Below are positions 6,570-11,223 of a stretch of DNA of 11,223 bases, piece by piece. How positions within the stretch are numbered: position 1 is the first letter of the stretch; every line of letters begins with the position of its first letter. This DNA comes from Candidatus Aenigmatarchaeota archaeon. GTDB lineage: Archaea; Aenigmatarchaeota; Aenigmatarchaeia; CG10238-14; SCSR01. A program made the translations under genes and the position numbers. Under the pieces are notes generated by a model. The model was not told the DNA's origin. It did no database searches and saw nothing but the letters and a program-made list of their open reading frames with translations. Where the stretch lies: NCBI GenBank assembly GCA_039000165.1, contig JAWBTW010000020.1, positions 1-11,223 of the forward strand. Reading direction: 5' to 3'.

Positions 6570-9278
6570 TCACTCTAAACTTTTAACCTTTTCCATAACT
6601 TTTTTGTGTAGCTCCAATAATAATTTTTTCCTGTCTTCCATTAAAACTACGTCGCTTTCACCAAGAGCTATTAGTGAATGAGAGAAAGGACTTGGAACAT
6701 TACTTTCAGGTAAAAATTCATACTTTATTCTTCCTTTTTCCACTTGCTCCAAAACCCATTTTGCATGCTCTAAATCCATAAAATCTTGCATTACTTCACG
6801 ATAAGTTTCTTCCACAACAGGAAAATTTTCAAATTTCTCGCAAACTCTTAGCAAGCGATCAGCATTCATTTGTTGCCTAGCAACTTTAATCTCATAACCT
6901 TTATAATTTCTCAGAATCATCAAGCTTCGAGTAGCACAATGCCTGAAACGCCTTTTTATCAGCTCTGTTTGTCTTAAAGCTTTTCTCAAAACTTCTTCAA
7001 GCTCAGAAGATTTTAACAGCTTAACTAACTCCTTAGGATTAACCCTTTCTTCCTCTCTTCTCTTTATTTTTGCTTTTAAAGTTATCAAATCGAGCCACTC
7101 GCTTCCTATGCTTTCTGAAGGAATAGAAATAACAAAACCGTTATCGCTAACCGTTAAGCCTACAGATTTTTTAATCTTTTTTGTTAGCAAATAGCCAAAT
7201 GCTCGAGATAAAGCGTCGTTTATTCTTCTTCCGAACAAAGTGTGAAAAATTATGTTTTGGTTTCCTTTTTCATCGATATAATTTTCGATTAAAATTGTTT
7301 TTTCGTCAGGAAAATTCTTTGCTCCTAGCGATTTAAGGAATTTGTATTCCCAGAGAAAGTATTCATAAATTGAATTTGCACTCCACTCGTCAAGATAATA
7401 ATTTTTTAATAGCCATTTTACTACTTCTTCCTTGCTTTTGTTTTTTACTAGCTTGAACATTTTTCCTCTAAACTCTTGAATTTTTAGAGCAAGCTCAAAG
7501 CTTAGAGGAAGCATTTCTGAAAACCAGGCAGGAACTGTAGGTCTTTTTTCTTTTACTGGTTTAACAAAAGCAGTCACTTGCTTTGCTTTAATAAATTCAT
7601 AAGTTTTTCCTGCTAAAACAAAAATATCTCCTGGCAAAAGCCTTTGCAAGAATTCTTCCTCTATTGAACCAATATATCTTCCATCCAAACTTCTAACTTT
7701 TATTTTCACTTCATCTGGTATTGTTCCTATATTTAAAGAGTAAATTACCCTTGCATATTTTCCTCTTCTCCCGAACATCATATCTTTAGGATCAAACCAG
7801 ATTTTTGCATAAACTTTTTTATCTTCTAGAGTATGGTAAGCTCCTGCTAAAAATTCTAAAACAGAAAGAAAATCCTCCCATTTCAAGTTTCTGTAGCAAT
7901 AAGAGTTTCTTATAAGGTTAAAAGCTTCCTTTACATTCCATTTCTTTTCCAAACTCATTCCCATCAAGTGCTGAGCTAAAACGTCAAGACAATTTTCTGG
8001 GATTTGGATTTTGTCTAAGAAGTAGCGATAAGCTTGCTGAATCATTACTGCACATTCTACCAGATCATCCCTATCCATGCAAATTATTCTTCCTTTTGAA
8101 ACTTCGTGCAAGCGATGGCCTGCCCTTCCTATTCTTTGAATGCATCTTGTAATGCTTTTTGGGCTTCCAAGCTGGCAAACTAAATCTATGTAACCTATAT
8201 CTATCCCTAATTCAAGACTTGTGCTTGAAACCACAACTTTTAACTTTCCGTTCTTAAGTTTATCCTCTATTTCTAGCCTTATTTCACGAGAAACTGAGCT
8301 GTGATGGGCTCCTATTTGCTCGTCTGTATAGACTTCTGGAAACATTTGCTTTAAGTGATGCACGCATCTTTCAGTTCCGCTTCTTGTATTTGTGAAAACT
8401 AGGGTAGTGCGATGCTGTTGAATTAACTTATCTAAAAGCTTGTACATGCTATTCGTTATGGTTTCAGCTTGTGTGTAAACTAAGTCTTTTACTGGAGAAA
8501 GAAGTTTTATGTCTAAAGGTTTAACAAATCTTGCGTCTATTATTTTACAATTTCTCTCTTTTCCGTTTTCATAACCAACTAAAAACTTTGCAACTTCAAT
8601 CAAAGGTTCGAGCGTAGCTCCCATACCTATTCTTACAAAGGGCTTTCCAACAAAATTTTGAAGTCTTTCTAAGCTTAAGCTTAAATGTACTCCACGCTTA
8701 GAATTAGCTAATTCATGAATCTCATCAACTATAACCCATCTTACTTTTTTAAATTTTTCTTTAAACTTTCTTGTCGACAAAACTATTGCTATGGTTTCAG
8801 GCGTAGTTACGAGAATGTGAGGCGGAAGCCTAAGCTGCTTTTGCTTTTCATGAGGCGAAACATCTCCCGTTCTTACTGCAATCCTAACTTCAGGTAATTC
8901 TATTCCCATTTCTTTTGCTATTTCTCTTATTTCTTTCAAAGGAATTATTAGGTTTTTGAGTATGTCGTTATCTAAAGCTCTGAGGGGAGAAATGTAAACA
9001 CAATAAACAACATCTTCTAATTCCTTCTTTTCTCCAAGGATAAAAAGCTCATCAATTATCGCCAAAAAAGAGCTTAAAGTTTTGCCTATTCCTGTTGGGG
9101 CAGTAATCAAAACATTTTCTCCTTTTTTTATTAAAGGGATGGAAAACTTTTGTGGCAAGGTTAATTGCTTAAAATTTCTTTTAAACCATTCTCTAACATA
9201 AGGTCTAAGTAAAGCTAAAACTTTCTCATCTTTCGGCAATTTTTTCGTGTTAACAAAGCCTATCATGGAAACGCGCAT
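6570..9278 (-). CDS. lhr: ATP-dependent SF2 helicase Lhr (archaeal Lhr2/Lhr-core type), about 900 aa
   Basis: Q motif LTLPQ, Walker A APTGIGKT, YISPLRAL, VRTGD, ILVTTPE, DEIH, FTNTRS, AHHSS, STSLELGIDIG, QRIGRAGH, winged-helix LDVLAQH, NIGTIPDE, P.WFSE, RRFRHCA.RSLMILRNY and C-terminal PSPFSH. Alternative start at ATG 9266. No intein-sized insertion. Confidence 0.96.
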   Translation of the reverse strand: MRVSMIGFVNTKKLPKDEKVLALLRPYVREWFKRNFKQLTLPQKFSIPLIKKGENVLITAPTGIGKTLSSFLAIIDELFILGEKKELEDVVYCVYISPLRALDNDILKNLIIPLKEIREIAKEMGIELPEVRIAVRTGDVSPHEKQKQLRLPPHILVTTPETIAIVLSTRKFKEKFKKVRWVIVDEIHELANSKRGVHLSLSLERLQNFVGKPFVRIGMGATLEPLIEVAKFLVGYENGKERNCKIIDARFVKPLDIKLLSPVKDLVYTQAETITNSMYKLLDKLIQQHRTTLVFTNTRSGTERCVHHLKQMFPEVYTDEQIGAHHSSVSREIRLEIEDKLKNGKLKVVVSSTSLELGIDIGYIDLVCQLGSPKSITRCIQRIGRAGHRLHEVSKGRIICMDRDDLVECAVMIQQAYRYFLDKIQIPENCLDVLAQHLMGMSLEKKWNVKEAFNLIRNSYCYRNLKWEDFLSVLEFLAGAYHTLEDKKVYAKIWFDPKDMMFGRRGKYARVIYSLNIGTIPDEVKIKVRSLDGRYIGSIEEEFLQRLLPGDIFVLAGKTYEFIKAKQVTAFVKPVKEKRPTVPAWFSEMLPLSFELALKIQEFRGKMFKLVKNKSKEEVVKWLLKNYYLDEWSANSIYEYFLWEYKFLKSLGAKNFPDEKTILIENYIDEKGNQNIIFHTLFGRRINDALSRAFGYLLTKKIKKSVGLTVSDNGFVISIPSESIGSEWLDLITLKAKIKRREEERVNPKELVKLLKSSELEEVLRKALRQTELIKRRFRHCATRSLMILRNYKGYEIKVARQQMNADRLLRVCEKFENFPVVEETYREVMQDFMDLEHAKWVLEQVEKGRIKYEFLPESNVPSPFSHSLIALGESDVVLMEDRKKLLLELHKKVMEKVKSLE

Positions 9279-9328
9279 ATTATATGAGAAAAAGAAAAGA
9301 TAAAGTTTACTGTTTTCTTATAGTAATC
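9279..9328. promoter_or_regulatory. Divergent promoter region between lhr and the radical SAM operon
   Basis: About 50-60 nt between divergent starts. It contains the imperfect palindrome AAGAAAA-GA-TAAA-G-TTTA-CTG-TTTTCTT (9292-9319), with BRE-like AGAAAA followed by an AT-rich box on each strand. Confidence 0.45.
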
Positions 9329-10435
9329 ATGGGAGTTTGTAAAATTTGCAAGAAAGAGTCTGAACTAATTTCTTCTTTTTTAGGGCTTTGTAGAGAGTGC
9401 ATTCTTGGAGAAAAGGAAAAGGCAATAGAAATTGCTAAAAAAGCGCATGAAATTTCCAGAAAAAAATTTGGCTTAACTCCTTTTGTTCCTAAAGGCCCTG
9501 GATTGCAATGCTTTGGTTGTGGGAATGAATGCAAAATTTCTGAAGGAAGCAAAGGGTATTGTGGCTTGGTTGAGAATAAGAACGGCAAGCTAATAAGGTA
9601 TGCAGGCGATGCTGAAAAAGGTTTGTTAGAATGGTATTATGATGCTTTACCAACAAATTGCGTAAGCATAAACTTTTGTCCTGGAGGTACTGGAATAGGT
9701 TATCCAAAATATGCTAAGTGTAAAAGTGCGGAAATAGGTTATTATAATCTTGCGGTTTTTTATGGAGCTTGTAACTTTAATTGCTTGTTCTGCCAAAACT
9801 GGCATTTCAAGCATTTAACTCAGGAATTAAAGCCATTAGTTTCTGCAAAAGAGCTTGCAAGTAAGGTTAACGAAAAGGTTAATTGCATTTGTTACTTTGG
9901 AGGAACTCCTGAACCTCAGTTAATTCATGCAATAGAAACTTCTAAGCTTGCTTTAGAAAAAAAGAAAAACGATATTTTAAGAATTTGTTTGGAATCTAAC
10001 GGAAACGCTAATTGGAAATTGCTAAAAAAATTTGCTAAGATTTCTTTTGAAACAGGAGGGAACATAAAGTTTGACTTAAAGTTCCCTAAAGAATCAGCTT
10101 TAAACTTTGCTCTTTGCGGCATAGACAATAAAAAAACTTACGAGAATTTTAAGAAATTGGCAAAATTTCACAAGAAGAGGGAAATTCCTTTTTTAACAGC
10201 AAGCACTTTGCTTGTTCCAGGATATGTTACAGAAAAAGAAATAAGGGAAATTGCAAGCTTTATTTCAAGCTTGGACAAAAGCATTCCTTATTCTTTGCTT
10301 GCCTTTTATCCTTATTTCATGCTAAAGGATTTACCCTTAACTTCAAGAAAATTAGCTGAGAATTGCTTAAAAGTTGCAAAGGAAGAAGGTTTGGAAAATG
10401 TAAGAATTGGGAACGAGCATTTGCTTGTGGATTAG
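9329..10435 (+). CDS. Radical SAM protein, PflA/COG1180-like archaeal family with a Cys-rich N-terminus (368 aa)
   Basis: CxxxCxxC motif GACNFNCLFCQNW, FGGTPEP (GGEP-like), ESNG, KFDLK, STLLVPGY and LLAFYP. Extra N-terminal CKIC, CREC, CFGCGNEC and GYCG. Start moved from 9284 to ATG 9329 (MGVCKIC) to leave room for the divergent promoter. Confidence 0.9.
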   Translation: MGVCKICKKESELISSFLGLCRECILGEKEKAIEIAKKAHEISRKKFGLTPFVPKGPGLQCFGCGNECKISEGSKGYCGLVENKNGKLIRYAGDAEKGLLEWYYDALPTNCVSINFCPGGTGIGYPKYAKCKSAEIGYYNLAVFYGACNFNCLFCQNWHFKHLTQELKPLVSAKELASKVNEKVNCICYFGGTPEPQLIHAIETSKLALEKKKNDILRICLESNGNANWKLLKKFAKISFETGGNIKFDLKFPKESALNFALCGIDNKKTYENFKKLAKFHKKREIPFLTASTLLVPGYVTEKEIREIASFISSLDKSIPYSLLAFYPYFMLKDLPLTSRKLAENCLKVAKEEGLENVRIGNEHLLVD

Positions 10436-10436
10436 T

Positions 10437-11048
10437 ATGAGTATAAAAGAAGAAAAAGCAAAGTTAAGGGAAAAGATTTGGAGAATTATGGAAGAAAAAA
10501 ATATAGCAAGATTTCCTCTTCCTGTTCGAGATAAAATACCGAACTTTGAAGGAAGCGAAAAGGCTGCAGAAAAAGTTAGAGAATTGGAGGTTTATAAAAG
10601 GGCAAAGATTATTTTTGCAAACCCTGATTATGCGCAGAAAAAGATAAGGGAGTTTGCTCTTAAAGATGGGAAATTGCTGATAATGGCAACTCCAAGGCTT
10701 AAGCAAGGTTATCTTTTGATAGAGCCAGAAAAGGTTAAAGGAAAGGAAGAGTTTGCTTCAACTATAAAAGGTGCTTTTTTGCTAGGAAAAAGAGCAAAAG
10801 AAATACCAAAACCTGATTTGTTAATTACTGGTTGTGTGGCTGTGGATAAAAAAGGGAATAGACTTGGTAAAGGTTATGGTTATGGAGATAGGGAAATAAA
10901 ATTTTTTCTTGAAAAGTTTGGCAAGATTCCTGTTTTAACCACAGTTCATGATGCTCAAATAGTTGATTCTGTGCCTATAGAAAAAGGAGATGCAAAAGTT
11001 GATATCATAGTTACTCCTAGCAAAATAATTGAGGTGAAAAATGAGTAA
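10437..11048 (+). CDS. 5-formyltetrahydrofolate cyclo-ligase family protein (COG0212; archaeal/MTHFSD-like paralog clade), 203 aa
   Basis: K.kLRekIW, IPNFEGS..AA, NPD.AQ, MATPRL and PDL..TGCVAVD..GNRLGKGYGYGDRE..TTVHD.Q..D..VDIIVTP. Start at ATG 10437, 1 nt after the radical SAM stop, rather than TTG 10407. Confidence 0.88.
   Translation: MSIKEEKAKLREKIWRIMEEKNIARFPLPVRDKIPNFEGSEKAAEKVRELEVYKRAKIIFANPDYAQKKIREFALKDGKLLIMATPRLKQGYLLIEPEKVKGKEEFASTIKGAFLLGKRAKEIPKPDLLITGCVAVDKKGNRLGKGYGYGDREIKFFLEKFGKIPVLTTVHDAQIVDSVPIEKGDAKVDIIVTPSKIIEVKNE
11031..11037 (+). promoter_or_regulatory. Shine-Dalgarno site for the DUF362 gene
   Basis: GAGGTGA ends 3 nt upstream of ATG 11041 and matches the archaeal anti-SD complement. 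Confidence 0.75.
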
Positions 11049-11223
11049 GGTTGTGATTGCAGAAGGGAAGGATATAGTAAAAAGAACTTACCTTGCTTTA
11101 AAAGAGCTTAAGCCAAAAATGCCGAAAAAAGGAGAAAGAATTTTGATAAAGCCAAACTTAGTCGAGCCTATGCCAAACTATTCAGGAGCAATAACAAGGA
11201 AAGAAGTGATTGAAGGGATAATT
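11041..11223 (+). CDS. DUF362-family protein, N-terminal 61 aa (3'-truncated by the window edge)
   Basis: MSKVVIAEGKDIVKRTYLALKELKPKMPKKGERILIKPNLVEPMPNYSGAITRKEVIEGII. The G..vLIKPNl....G..T...v pattern is the DUF362 N-terminal signature. Overlaps the 5-FCL stop by 8 nt and has an SD. Not in the ORF track. Confidence 0.85.
   Translation, partial: MSKVVIAEGKDIVKRTYLALKELKPKMPKKGERILIKPNLVEPMPNYSGAITRKEVIEGII

Noticed and set aside
8715..8897. 60-aa + ORF
   Set aside because: Antisense to conserved Lhr motifs Ia-II.
6570..9278. Intein in Lhr
   Set aside because: Helicase motifs are contiguous at normal spacing, with no C...HN-[C/S/T] block or LAGLIDADG motif, and the length fits intein-free Lhr-core.
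9284..9328. N-terminal extension MRKRKDKVYCFLIVI of the radical SAM ORF
   Set aside because: It would leave only 5 nt between divergent genes and spans the likely promoter; the Cys motif begins right after ATG 9329.
9307..10706. Minus-strand ORFs 9307..9588, 9489..9707, 9925..10128 and 10464..10706
   Set aside because: Antisense shadows of the radical SAM and 5-FCL genes; Phe/Ser/Leu-rich as expected from the reverse complement of Lys/Glu codons.
1..11223. tRNA/rRNA, CRISPR array, IS element, integrase or long repeats
   Set aside because: None seen. The window is almost wholly protein-coding with gaps of about 60 nt or less, and A/T homopolymers reflect Lys/Phe codon bias.

Overview
Gene-dense, AT-rich window that looks archaeal: tiny or overlapping intergenic gaps, a GAGGTGA Shine-Dalgarno site, an N-glycosylation-sequon-rich secreted protein, Lhr2/MPE genes and Lys/Glu-rich proteins. 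A streamlined, possibly thermophilic DPANN-type genome is inferred but not shown. Gene order: end of an unknown + CDS; a minus-strand run of GNAT acetyltransferase (split by a +1 frameshift), a 964-aa secreted multidomain putative glycoside hydrolase, a bPH_2 membrane protein and an MFS transporter; a divergent stand-alone HPF-like protein; a minus-strand operon of Lhr helicase, a 55-aa Sm/Hfq-like ORF missed by the ORF track, and a metallophosphoesterase whose two site-1 metal-binding His are both Gln; then a + operon of a PflA-like radical SAM protein, a 5-FCL (COG0212/MTHFSD-type) paralog and a truncated DUF362 gene. The best candidate for a new system is the Lhr + Sm-like + variant MPE module. 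No RNA genes, CRISPR arrays or mobile elements were seen. All family calls come from reading motifs by eye; no searches were run.
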